Shown here: positions 37,701 to 51,733 of the stretch, piece by piece | How positions within the stretch are numbered: the first letter of the stretch is position 1 | How the letters are laid out: every line of letters starts with the position of its first letter | Assembly (NCBI GenBank): GCA_965153355.1 | Contig: OZ231126.1 | Coordinates: forward strand, 29,140,001 to 29,204,000 | Source: Flaccisagitta enflata | Taxonomy: Eukaryota | Length of the DNA stretch: 64,000 nt | Reading direction: 5' to 3' | The notes under the pieces: model-generated | Database searches by the model: none | The model's input: only the letters and a program-made list of their open reading frames with translations | What the model was told of the DNA's origin: nothing | Made by a program: the position numbers and the translations under genes

Positions 37701-38480
37701 TCCGTTGATGATCACGACCTCTTGCGAGAGCGTCGGCGTCGTCGAGATCCGCAAGCATGTCGTCAGCTTGCTCCATCGGAGAAGCACGCGCAGGTTCGAT
37801 TTCAGAGACCAAATCCGATACCCATTGATTGTGGCCTCCTCTTTGGATCGGCGGCAGATTTAAAATTGGCCGCCAGTTGGAGATTGCGCACCATGTCGCG
37901 GACCGGAAGTGGTAGATACTCAGATCCGTCGGGGTTTGGCGAAGACGTTCGCATCCTTGGTGGTTGGAGCGCCAGTCACATTGTCACGGGCAGCATGAGT
38001 GTCAGTTGGGAGACTGTTCCATGAGAAGTCATTGGCAGGTCTTTTACGATTCCCAATGTCATTGTGCATTACGTGCGATGTCGGCGTTGGGCCCTCTGGA
38101 TAATTTTTGATCGAAGAAACGCATGGAGTTCCATTCGCGCCGGATTCGGCGCAGTGTGGCCGCCGCGAATCGAAGAGGGTCGCCGGGCATCGAGTCGAGC
38201 GCCATTTGCCTTGCGTATGATATAAAGTCAAAGACCATATCCCGAAGTACGTGTCGAGCGCCATCTGATTCGCATGCGGCGTAGTCGAAATCATTGGTCC
38301 CTTCGGCGCAAGCGGCAACGGCGTCGAAAAAGGCATGGCATCCCTCATCTCCTCCGTGATGTCGTTTCTCATCGCGCGCAAGCAGTCCGACCTCGGACAC
38401 TGATTCAAACCAGTGAGATACACGAGGAAGGGCGTTGAAGCGGTCGAGGCAGTGTAAAATGGATACTGTATGACACCATT
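34720..38480 (-). pseudogene. Bel/Pao gag-like region with a long polyQ/polyA/S-rich N-terminal extension, fragmented
   Basis: Chain of overlapping minus-strand ORFs running into the protease. CAG/CAA/GCA-rich at 36150-37600; helical gag-like segment at ~35100-35950. Confidence 0.6.
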
Positions 38481-39899
38481 GTCAATTTCCTTTTACCTTC
38501 CCCGGAGGTCGAAGATGGAAAGAGTCGAGTCGTTTTTAAATTGTTGAAATATAGAATATTACATTACGAGTTTCAATTGGCACTGTCTATGAGCGTCTAT
38601 CTGACTGACGACTTGTGGTGAAAGAAAGTTGGCCGATTGGAAAATAGGAAGGCGATCGTCTCGTTTATTCCATAAAAATTTCAACAACTGAAGAGAGGGG
38701 ATAAAATGAAAGGAAAAGTGGGCGTTAATGTAGATCAGCAAACGCAAAAGATAACATGAAATCGAGACAGGACACAATAAGGACCGAAACAGCACATGAC
38801 AACATGTTCATCTTCTTCAGAGCCCCCATGCCACCTGATAATACCTACCTACTTTACAGCCTATCCCATTAGATTCATCCATATCATCCCCATAATGCCA
38901 TGATGTTGGATGTGATAAAGCCATACTAAAATCACATGATAAAAATGCAAAAATGCAAAAAACAAGAATAACAGACCGGAAGACAAGATAAAGCTAACGT
39001 TAATAAGCAAAGACAGCATCTATAAAACTTACTTTTAGGCCCACTTTGATTGGTTTCAACCCACAGTCTATGAGAAGTCAAATTAACGTTAATTGTCCGT
39101 TCATAGGTTTATCTGCAATAAAAGTAAAGTGTAGAGTGAAGTAGATTCCAAGGGCACATTCAATCAATCACGAAAAATCAATCAATCACTTTAGGAAGCA
39201 ATGCCGTAAATAAATAAAACAATCAATCCAAATTTGGATGATACGAAAGACGAGTTACGTACGTTTGCCTACGTAATAAACAAATGGCATAAAATACAAG
39301 GCGCAACATATGATTTACCCATCTAGCGTTCATTACGAAAAATAGCGAGAAACAAAAGACGCTGGCATTGAATGATAGAGAAAGAAGAAAAGCCAAAAGC
39401 ACGCAAAAGAAACAAAAGCAAACATACCTAAGAAACGGACGGACACACATTTCTAACACTATGTCTTCATCTGTCTGTCCGTCCAAGTCTAGCGCCAAAG
39501 TCACGCAGAGACACAATTAGGACGCATCGTTGCCCGATCGGGCTTGTTTTTATATCCTGGACGCCAAGACGACAAGCAAGAGTGATGAAGAGGGTCTGTG
39601 GCCATCATTATCCCCATCTCACCTCCCCCGCCTCGATCTTTCCTTTCTCCTCCTCCTCCCCCTCCTCCTCATCATAACCCTTCCCCTCCTCCTCATCATC
39701 ATCCTCCCGCTGCTTCTCAGCATTGTCATTTCCACCTCCTCCGTCATCTCATATACAAAATCAAAGGGAGAGGTGGATAAGGGGAAGAAGGAAGTAGATT
39801 AAGGAAGGAAGAAAAAATAAGAGAGGATGAAAAGAAGGAGTGGCCAAGATGGCAAAGAACTAGTAAGTTTGGGGTAAAACGATACATCCACAACCAGCA

Positions 39900-40253
39900 G
39901 TACGCATGTCAGAGTGCCAAAACGGGCAAAACTGGCTTTCCCCCCACCATCATCTTTTTCCTTTGCAAAAGTTCTGTCAAACGAGCCGTCGCTTTTGACT
40001 TTCATTTCGATCAGGTATGTTAGGATAAGTTAAGTTTAAATTGAATTATCATTGGAATCAACATTTCTATTATGCAAATTTTGCCTCTGCCATAGATTTC
40101 TATGGAAACTTGATGGTCACCCTAACGATGGTTCCCGATCGATCTGAAAGTCGCGCGACAACTCATTTGATAGCATTCAAGTTGAGCAAAGTAAATAGAT
40201 AATGGCGGGAGGAAAGCCAGTTTTGGCCAATTGCGGCACTCTGACATTCGTAT
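39900..40253. mobile_element. Small TIR element (MITE)
   Basis: TACGCATGTCAGAGTGCC...AAAACTGGCTTTCC is inverted as GGAAAGCCAGTTTT...GGCACTCTGACATTCGTA; CCAGCAG lies on both flanks. The interior is related to 51527-51615. Confidence 0.55.
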
Positions 40254-41685
40254 CCAGCAGTCGTGCTTTTCAAGTATTCTCTGCAAAATTTCATCATCAC
40301 ACAGAGCACAAACACATTTTTGTCATCTTGTACGCGTTACGAACCGACCAAAAGAGCCGAGGAGAGACAGACAGACAGCCAAAACCTTTTTAGGTGCGAC
40401 AAAGCACCTCTGCATAACTAGCTCTGTCCGTCGGTTGTTCGGTCTGTTGGTTGGTCGGTAACGCATTCGTTCGACGATCCACACGTCGCACCTATTGGCC
40501 TATTTGGCCTTGTTTACATATAGATGCATGGACGTATCTTAAAAGAAGAGAGAAAAAACATGCAAAAAGAGGCGACCATCCATCTTTTTTCCCTCATGTT
40601 TTTGATGACATGACGTCATCTGATGTGGTCTTCTTGCCTCTTTTTTTTCCCCAGTCATTCTCGCCTTTTTCCATCTCGAAAGGTGAAGAGTTATTTTCAT
40701 CTTTTGGTCACACGCTCAGGTCCTCGCCTTTTTTAGTCGCGGACAAGCGACTCTGTAAAAGGCCTTGTCCGTACGTCCGTTGGGCCGTTGGTAATGATCG
40801 AGTTCGAAAGTGCGAAAACGCGCTTTTCCGCCCCTGCCCACCCGTCCGCGACTGGTATTGGCCGTGTATCCGGCCTTGTTGATATCAAAGCCTCTTAGTT
40901 ATACTCACCGAAATTTCCTACACCGCCTTTTCATGGCCTTGAATTCTGACCTTACATGCATTATTCGTTTCGTTTTTTTTTTCATTTTTGTTGCCTTTTT
41001 GTATTGTCAATCTTTTTTCTTGCATGAATTTTCGTTTTTAGTTGCGGACACGCAACTCTATAAGAGGCTTTCCCCGTCCGTCAGTCGGTCCGTCGGTCCG
41101 TTCGTCGGTCCGTTCGTCGGTCCGTCCGTCGGTCCATGAGCACGAGTCGAAGAGTGGGAAAACGAGCGTTTTAGAAGCTTTTTGTGTTGGAAGGGGGGTT
41201 GGGAGGGGTGTTGGGTGTGGTTGGGGTTGGCTGCCTTGCCCACCCGTCCGCAACGATATTGTGACCCCACGTCACTTGTTCTTTGTTACAAACTCTCTTC
41301 CTTTTCTCCCTTCTTTCTTGCGGTCATATTGCGTCGAGTGTGGTCGCAAGGTGGTTGCATTTCATTCATTCAATCGATTAATCAATCAATCATTCATTCA
41401 TTCATTCATTCATTCATTCATTCATTCATTCATTCATTCATTCATTAATTAATTCTATTTATTTTATTCATTCATTCATTAATTTCATATTCATACATTC
41501 ATTCATTCATTCATTCAGTCTGTTATCCATTCAATTATCCTTTCGATCATTCATTCATTCATTCATTCATTCATTCATTCATTCATTCATTCATTCATTC
41601 ATTCATTCATTCATTCATTCATTCATTCATTCATTCATTTCTCTTTCGTTCGTTCGTTAATGCATTCATTCAGTCATGTAATGAC

Positions 41686-41810
41686 CTGGTGCTGTTGGCG
41701 ACGAAAAGTGACTGTGAGAATTTGCCGACTGGTTTGTTAAAGTCGTTGTCTGTCAATTTTGGCGCCGTGAATGTGATGCCAGCCGAAGAATTCCATTCGT
41801 AGAAAATGAC
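41686..41810 (-). CDS. CFAP251: CFAP251/WDR66 internal exon (4th)
   Basis: TTTTCAG acceptor, AG|GTCATT donor, phase 0 to 2. VIFYEW...TAPKLTDNDFNKPVGKFSQSLF matches WDR66 [21 protein letters not shown]. Confidence 0.92.
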
Positions 41811-42030
41811 CTGAAAAGAGTTAAATGTATATGAGATCAAATGGATTATTTGAATGTGATGCCAGCCGAAGAATTCCATTCACAGAAAATGACCTGAAAA
41901 GAGTCAAATGTGAATGTGATCAAATGGATCATTTGAATCTGATAAAAGGCAAAGAATTCCATTCATAGAAAATGATCTGAAAATAGTCAAATGAATATGT
42001 GATCAAATGGGTCATTTGAATGTGATGCCA
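41769..42030. repeat. 83-bp tandem repeat spanning the intron/exon boundary of CFAP251 exon 41686-41810
   Basis: Units start at 41769, 41852, 41935 and 42018 (partial). Confidence 0.9.
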
Positions 42031-42058
42031 CTGATTCTTTGGCTGGCATCATGCTAGC

Positions 42059-42167
<109 letters not shown>

Positions 42168-42840
42168 AACAGGCCGGATACACAGCTACTGATCGCGTGC
42201 GGGTGGGCGGGAGCCATGTTGGGGTCAGTGGAGCAATTGGGCAGGAGCGGTATAATTAATAACCCCATAAACGCCAAAAAAGTAAAGTGTGACGGACCGA
42301 CGGACCGACGGATGGACCGACGGACCGACGGACCGACAAAGCGGGGTGTAGAGTCGCGTAGCACGCGACTAAAAACAGGCAAATAGAGAGTGAGACAAAG
42401 ATTGGATAAAACAAGGCCAACACCTTACAGTCGCACACGGTTGTTAAGACCACAAGACCAAAGGACTAAAAGACTAAGAGACCAAAAGACTAAAAGACCA
42501 AAAATGATTAATAACTTGACTTAAAATGGCTTAGAATAAATCAAACGACGAAAAAAAGCAAAGTGTTAGGGACGGACGGACGTACGGACGGACGGACCGA
42601 CGGACTGACCGACCACCCAACAGATGGACAGAGTGGGTCATAGAGTCGCGTGCACGCGACTAAAAAAAAGCCGGACATTTTAGTGGTTTTATATGGAGGT
42701 TCGGCCGACGAGCGGCGTGTTATAAAACCGGCAACTGAGCTTTTCTATCTTTGACCAGAATTGACCAGAGTTGGCCGGAATTGGCCATGGATGAAGCAGA
42801 AAGATGCACTTTAACGAAGATTCATGACGTCTCGACATTT

Positions 42841-43670
42841 CCGCGAGAGAAGCTCTTAATATTTGAGAAACGCCATCAAGTGGTGAGATTCACACTCACG
42901 GTGCTACTGACTGTGGCTATGTTTCGAAGTTTCCGCGTAAGGAGCTCTTTATATTTAAGAAACACCATCAAGTGGCCAGATTCACACTCACGGTGCTACT
43001 GACTGTGGCTATGTTTCGACATTTCTGCGAGAGAAGCTCTCAATATTTAAGAAACGCCATCAAGTGGCAAGATTCACACTCACGGTGCTACTGGCTGTGG
43101 CTATGTTTCAATGTTTTTGCGAGAGAAGCTCTCAATATTTAAGAAACGCTATCAAGTGGCAAAATTCACACTCAAGGTGCCACTGGCTGTGGCTATTCTT
43201 CAGTAATGTTTTGCGAGTGGAAACTCTCAATATTTAAGAAGGAACGCCATCAAGTGGCAGATTACACTACGGTGCTACAAAAACATGGCTGTGGCTATGT
43301 TTCAATGTTTTTGCAAGAGAAGCTCTCAATATTTAAGAAACGCTATCAAGTGGCAAAATTCACACTAAAGGTGCTACTGGCTGTGGCTATGTTTCAATGT
43401 TTTTGCTAGAGAAGCTCTCAATATTTAAGGATCGCCATCAAGTGGCAAGATTCACACTCACGGTGCTACTGGCTGTGGCTATGTTTCAATGTTTTTGCAA
43501 GAGAAGCTCTCAATATTTAAGAAAAGCTATCAAGTGGCAAAATTCACACTCACGGTGCTACTGGCTGTGGCTATGTTTCAATGTTTTTGCGAGAGAAGCT
43601 CTCAATATTTAAGGAACGCCATCAAGTGACGAGATTCACACTCATGGTGTAACTGGCAGCAACTATGCCT
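42841..43670. repeat. 92-bp minisatellite, ~9 copies
   Basis: Unit GAGAAGCTCTCAATATTTAAGAAACGCCATCAAGTGGCAAGATTCACACTCACGGTGCTACTGGCTGTGGCTATGTTTCAATGTTTTTGCGA. Confidence 0.95.
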
Positions 43671-44030
43671 TCACATTTCAATAAACATCATCTTGAGGCA
43701 TAGTTTATACTTTCGGTACCATTGGCTACGTGAGAGACACTAATACTAACAAGGTCGTATACACTCCCCCCCCCCCGTCGCGGATGGGTGGCTAGGAGCG
43801 GAAAGCAGAAATGATACGTGACCGACACACCGACCGACCGACCGACACGGTAAGTTCTTGGTTCGCGTGTCAACGACTAAAAAGTAATAGAATAATATTC
43901 CATAGACAAAATCAAATGGTAAGGTTCAGTACCAATGGCTGCAACCTATTTGTATCATTCCCAGCGCCTTTTTAGATGCAACCTCGCATCGCTTTGAGAG
44001 GTCATGTCCGTTGGTCTGTCGGTCTATATA

Positions 44031-44441
44031 CTATACGAATTAAAAAAAAAGACGCACTTTTGAATGATTGATTGCGCCATTGAAAATCAAAAAAACTAAC
44101 TAAAATCTTAGACCATTTTGAAGCCCTTGAAAAACTCTTTCATTTGGCGCCAATCTGGTATCTCTATCTTTTTTCGTTTGGAAATGGCATCTGTTTGAGT
44201 AAAAATGTTGCCAAATTTGTTTTTGCAGTCCCTTTGAAAAAGATGCAATTCAGCAAAATGGTGTCTCACTTTAAAGAGCTCTAGCTCCTAAACCATTAAA
44301 GATACAGATCTGGGATTGGTCTAGAATGAAAGATAATTCAAAAATCTACAAAATCACTCTTTCTGTAAAATTCTTTTGGTACTTTTTAAGTCAGTTTTAT
44401 CAGCAAATACAAAGGTGCGTCTTTTTTTAAAATTCGTATAG
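44031..44441. mobile_element. Tc1/mariner-type MITE nested in a DINE-like element (~43968-44670)
   Basis: TIRs CTATACGAATTAAAAAAAAAGACGCAC / GTGCGTCTTTTTTTAAAATTCGTATAG, flanked by TA on both sides. Confidence 0.75.
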
Positions 44442-44757
44442 TATCCGTTTCGCTAACCTTAAAAACCACGATATTTTTGATAAAAAAGTTCTACCAACCC
44501 AGCAATAGTACTATACATTAAATAAATCAATCATCAAACCATTTATTTATTTATTCATAAACGACATTCATAAAAAAAAAACATTCATCACAAAAAACAC
44601 TCATTCATAAAAAAACATTTATTCATAAAAAAAATATTCATTCAAAGTGGACGTAAAGAGGCCTTGTTTTATATAAAGATAGGCGAGGTTCAACTGTAAG
44701 AGGTTCAACTGTAAAATGGAATACCGGAGATGCGCGAGTTGATCATTTATCACTTAC

Positions 44758-44901
44758 TTGCGTATCGCTGTTGGAAATAAGTTGCTGTGAATTTTGCGGA
44801 CTGAAGACGACGAACTTCTGTTGTCCAAATCCGGTTTCTAAGGTAGTTGTGCTTATCGGATCGTCGTTGTTCTCATCAGTCCAATCCCAAATTGAAACTT
44901 C
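44758..44901 (-). CDS. CFAP251: CFAP251/WDR66 internal exon (3rd; not in the ORF track)
   Basis: CAG acceptor, CAA|GTAAGT donor, 144 nt, phase 0-0. EVSIWDWTDENNDDPISTTTLETGFGQQKFVVFSPQNSQQLISNSDTQ. Confidence 0.92.
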
Positions 44902-44909
44902 CTGTGATG

Positions 44910-46748
<1,839 letters not shown>

Positions 46749-47027
46749 CTGTGATGGCAATAGAAGACACATTTCATAGTCATTGTCTTGCTCATTCGTT
46801 CTTTTATTCATTCATTCGTTCGTTTATTCATTATTCCATTAATTCATTTATTCGTTCATTTATTCATTCATACGTTTCCGTATTCATTCACACATTTCTT
46901 CCTCCCTTCCTCTCCTCCTGCTTCCCTTTCCTTCCCTCCTTCCTCCTACTTTCCATCATTTCTTCCTTCTTTCATTTCTTCCTTTCATCATTCCTTCCTT
47001 CCTTCCTTTCTTCTTACCTTTCTTCCT

Positions 47028-47470
47028 CCATTCATTCATTCATTCATTCACTCATTCATTCATTCATTCATTCATTCATTCATTCATTCATTCATTCATT
47101 CATTCATTCATTCATTCATTCATTCATTCATTCATTCATTCATTCATTCATTCATTCATTCATTCATTCATTCATTTATTCATTCATTCATTCATTCATT
47201 CATTCATTCATTCATTCATTCATTCATTCATTCATTCATTCATTCATTCATTCATTCATTCATTCATTCATTCATTCATTCATTCATTCATTCATTCATT
47301 CATTCATTCATTCATTCATTCATTCATTCATTCATTCATTCATTCATTCATTCATTCATTCATTCATTCATTCATTCATTCATTCATTCAATCATTCATA
47401 CATTCATACATTCATTCATTCATTCATTCATTCATCCATTCATTCAATCATTCATTCATTCATTCATTCA
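47028..47470. repeat. (ATTC)n microsatellite abutting a CFAP251 splice donor
   Basis: Direct reading. Confidence 0.95.
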
Positions 47471-47471
47471 C

Positions 47472-47617
47472 CTGCACGTCTCCCGCGCTGATTGTGACGA
47501 GGAATCTGGCGTCGTTGGTGAGCGCCACGGCAGAAACACCGCCGTCGTGAGCGTCAAAAATCGTCTTGACAGGAACACAAGTTGTAGTGTCCCAAACGAT
47601 CACAGTTGAATCAGAAC
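47472..47617 (-). CDS. CFAP251: CFAP251/WDR66 internal exon (2nd)
   Basis: (CT)n-TAG acceptor, CAG|GTGAAT donor, phase 1 to 0. (G)SDSTVIVWDTTTCVPVKTIFDAHDGGVSAVALTNDARFLVTISAGDVQ. Confidence 0.92.
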
Positions 47618-47620
47618 CTA

Positions 47621-47651
<31 letters not shown>

Positions 47652-48425
47652 TTGAAAGAATGTAAGATTGTAATAAGACCACGTTTGCATATCGATGTGA
47701 AATTGAAAAATACGCCTTTGACCAGACAGATTTTTGTCGAAACAACACATAAGAACGCTAAAATATTTCAGTGCTGATAATAAGTGAAAAAGATTGTCCT
47801 GAGATGTGGGGCTGCAGGATTTTTGTTGAATATAAAACATCATTTAATAATTCTTTGCTAAATTTGATTTCAAACGGGGATGACTAGTAAATCTCCAGAA
47901 ATCCAATAAAGTACATTTCGAATTTTCGACAGCTGTGGTAACTGCAGAGGTAACTTTTTACGGCTGCCCCAGTGACCTCGTACGGCTAACGCAAAAGCAG
48001 GGCTGCCCGTCGACTATGCAAAGCCAGAGCAGGGCCCCGGAACAATGACACTATTTCGATATTTAACATAAGCTTCATAATTATTCTATAGAGCAATCTG
48101 TGAGCAATCTAATTGTCCTAGCTTTATATGTTCGGGAACAGCATTTTCGCGTTTTTCGCCAACGGCTAAGACGGTAATGTTGACGGACATGAAGACAAAT
48201 AGACAAACCTTGATACACATTCGATTTTCGCTGGCCGCTGTCGCAGTCATGTCGACAGACAGAGAAATGACAGAGATAGACGGACAGTCACGGACAAAAA
48301 GACAGACAGACAGACAGACAGACAGAGAGACACAATCAGACGTATAGACAGATAGACTGAAAGACATACAGTATACAGACAGACAGATAGACAAAGAGAC
48401 AGGCATACGCCATAATGTTACTCAC

Positions 48426-48575
48426 CTTCATCTGCAGTGACGACCCATCTTCGATTTTCGCTGGCTGCTGTGGCTGTGATGTTGTTACGATGCCCTTGGA
48501 GCAGATGTTGCGTGTTGTTGTGGAAGTCGTAGAGGATTCCGATGTGAGCGCAAACGTAGAGTGCGCATCGACGAC
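48426..48575 (-). CDS. CFAP251: CFAP251/WDR66 internal exon (1st seen)
   Basis: TTCAG acceptor, G|GTGAGT donor, phase 1-1. RRCALYVCAHIGILYDFHNNTQHLLQGHRNNITATAASENRRWVVTADE matches WDR66 LLYVCAHTAIIY...[26 protein letters not shown]. Confidence 0.92.
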
Positions 48576-51419
48576 CTGAATCAACCGGAAATGAAAATGG
48601 AAGTAAAGGTTGAAAATTGTGTATCGGCAAAGAAAGGAAATAGAAAGGACATAGAAGAAAAAAGGAACACGGCCGTATAGTGGTATACATGGATCCCCGG
48701 TAAAAGACAGGTCGGCAGGGACAATATATGGCGAAAAATCGCTCGCATTCCGAAAAAAAAATACGGACCGACTGACCAACGGACCGACCGACTGACACAT
48801 CAAGTTCTACTTTAAGAGTCGCGTGTCCGCGATTAAAAAGAGGGGAATAAAATAGATTGGATGAAAGGAGAAAGATATGAACTTATCATAAAGAGAAACA
48901 AGACAGGATACAGACTCCCCTGCCCATAGCGAACGGTTGGGCAGAGGGCAGTAACGCACAAAACTCGCCAAAAATGTTAACGAAAGACGGATGGACGGAC
49001 GGAGTCCGAGTAGGACGGACGGACGTACTCAACAAGGCATTGGGTCGTGAGTTTGCGATCAAGAAGGCTAGAGAGAAAGGGGGAGGAAAGGAAGGTAAAC
49101 AGGGAATGTTGGGGGGATTGAAGAAAGTGAGGAGGATGAGAGGAAGGAAGGAAGGAAGGAAGGAAGAAAGGAAGGAAGAGGAAGGAGGAAGAGAAGGAAA
49201 GAAGGAAGGAAGGAAGGAAGGAAGGAAGGAAGGAAGGAAGGAAGGAAGGAAGGAAGAAAGAAACAGAACAGAACCATCAATTGGTCATTTGGTTTCAGAC
49301 GTTCAGGAGGAGCTAAGTTGATTTAAATATATCCGACATGACAATTGGACAAATACGCTGACGACGTTCATTCAAGCACATGCGCGTATAAAAAAAGAAA
49401 AATATGTTTACTTTTGCAATTTTGCAAAAAAAGCAAACAAAAGAAATAAGAAAATAAAAGGTATTCAGCGTCACAAAGAGCAAATAAAGAAAAAAAAAAA
49501 GACATGCCCAAGGGAGAAATAAATACACAAAGAAAGACCCGGGAAAAATTGAGGTTAAAGCGAACATGATAAAAATCAGCTGAAATTTTCCGGTATTGCG
49601 CGGATATATATTGGCCCAGGCGGTCATTCAATGTTAGACACACACCGTCACACCGATGAAAATATATCCGACTAGAGTAAGAAAAAAGATACCAAGTTGT
49701 TGGAAAAAAGTCGAATTACGTAATTCGACTTTTTGAAACGTACTTTTTGTCAAGGAAATCGGGTTTTGTGCGATTTGAAGCCTTGGGGAAGTTGGGCCAT
49801 TTCCTGCCTGGGATGACACATTTTTATATTCACAGCTAAGAAAGAGCTTATTTTCTCTCTCTACCAAATGGCCTCTCTTAAGTCCTACGATCATTAGTTT
49901 TTGCTGAATTTTTGTCCACTTTTGTTTTTGCATTTTCAGAAAAAATGAGATTTTTAAATTCAGATATTTTAGGCCCTATGTAACAAGGCAGAAACAGGAT
50001 TATTCACACAAATTGGACACAGAGTTTTGCAGCTGCTTTTGCATTTTTATTCTACTTGAAAACAGAGAAAAGAAAATAGAAGGGAAATAGAAAGAAGACA
50101 GAGAGAGAGACACACACTCACACACACCGCATACACAGAAAAAAAAAAAGAGAGAGAATGAGGGAGAGGGAGGGAGAGGGGGAGAGAGGGAGGAGAGGGG
50201 AGAGGGGGAGGGAGGAGAGAGGGGAGGAGTGGCACGCACACACTGGCACACACGCACACTCAAAGACAAAGGAAGAAATAAAGAGACGCAAAGACAAGAT
50301 TGAATAATAAAAACAGGTGGCAGTGACAGGCGTATGAGATCTGAAGAAGATCACGATGAAAAAAAAGACTCCATTTGACTTTTTCCAGCCGGCGACCACT
50401 GCGCGTGGTAAAGCATAGAAGGTAGTCAACCCGATACCCATCGGATTTGCCAGTAAAGTCGAATATTAATCTTATAGTCAGGTGCTACGCAACTCTACAC
50501 CCTTCTACGTCCACCCGTCCATCCATCCATCTATCAGTCGGTTGGTCCCCTATATAGATTTTTATTCCTTGGCGTTTTGGAGTGTTTTGAGCTCACTGCT
50601 CCTGCTAAAATGCCTCAGTTACCTTCTCCATCACTTCCCCTGCCCACCCACACGCAACTAGGGTAGCTGTGTATCCGGCCATGTTATCAATGGTAATTGA
50701 TGAGCCCTCATTAGAACATAAGCTCACATTACTGAAATTTGATCATGGTCAAATGTTTTGCTTTAATGTAAGCTTTCCTAAAAGATCTTTAATACGTTCT
50801 CTGAGGCCCTCGAGGCTGCGATTTTTGGATTCCTAGTCAAAAATTAGTTGGAAGACGTTAAAACTGACTTTTTGGCGAAACCGAGATTGAAAATCTCACT
50901 CCTCATCATAAGTCCTACCCTCGAAAATTTTACCGCCATTTTTGTTATCGATGTTGACAGGATGGAAGCTCTTTTTCACTCTGAAACATCGGCGTATTGT
51001 TCAATGTCGCATTATTTGAGTGATAGCGTTGCATTTGACAGGCTTACGACGCTATGCGACAGCTAGGAGTGGGCTGAGCGTTTGGTATTACATAAAGTTA
51101 TATCATGTGAACATATATATTTATTTCCAGCAATTTTCTGGAAGTCGAAAGTGGCCTAATGAATGTTTTAATATTTTGCTTATTTTTGACAATGTTTTGT
51201 ACATATAGGAAAAAACAAAATTTTGCTCAATGAACCCTCAGATATTTCCATTCTCATTTTTAGCGACAAATTTTTGTAAATATCAAGATCAAAAACACAG
51301 CACAAATTTGAAATTAGCTAATTATGTAAGGGAAAAAGCCCGTTTTAATTAAGATACACTTTAAACTCTGTCTCATGCTTATTCTGATTTTTTCATCACC
51401 ATTACGTTCCATGAACCGC

Positions 51420-51733
51420 CCCAAACTTTGACGCTGATTTTCACCAATCTTACCATGGTTGAGGCTTGGTAAAAAAACATCCCATGCAAAATTTCAGGCC
51501 TCTGGAACAGCAGGCACCTTTGTCAGGGTGACCATGAAGTTTCAATAGAAACCTAGGGCAGAGACAAAATTTGCATAATAGAAATATTGATTCCAATGCT
51601 AATTCAATGCAAACTTCATCCTCACCCTGACAAAGGTTCCTGCTATCTCAGAGGCCCAAAATTTGGCATGGGATCTTCATTTACCAAGCCTCAGCTGTGG
51701 CAAGGTTGGTGAGAGCCATAGTCAAAGTTTGGG
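51420..51733. repeat. Imperfect inverted repeat, ~110-bp arms (within a TIR-element remnant)
   Basis: CCAAACTTTGAC...ACCTTTGTCAGGGTG vs CACCCTGACAAAGGT...GTCAAAGTTTGG. Confidence 0.75.

Larger units (their letters stand above)
28250..38830 (-). mobile_element. Bel/Pao LTR-type retrotransposon internal region, heavily frameshifted; paired LTRs not found
   Basis: Domain order gag-PR-RT-RH-IN. Candidate PBS TGGGGGCTC (38828-38820, tRNA-Pro-like) directly after CA. Boundaries approximate. Confidence 0.85.

Noticed and set aside
38818-38828. tRNA-like array RNA acting as primer at the candidate PBS (shared CAGAGCCC)
   Set aside because: Only ~8 nt, and at the unit's 5' end rather than its 3' end. 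Host tRNA-Pro explains TGGGGGCTC better.
42841-43670. 92-bp array as a CRISPR-like locus
   Set aside because: Whole units repeat with no unique spacers, there are no cas genes, and the context is eukaryotic.
49273-49326. + strand TINWSFGF resembling the missing CFAP251 WSFG motif
   Set aside because: Wrong strand, purine-rich upstream with no pyrimidine tract, and an early stop. Probably chance.
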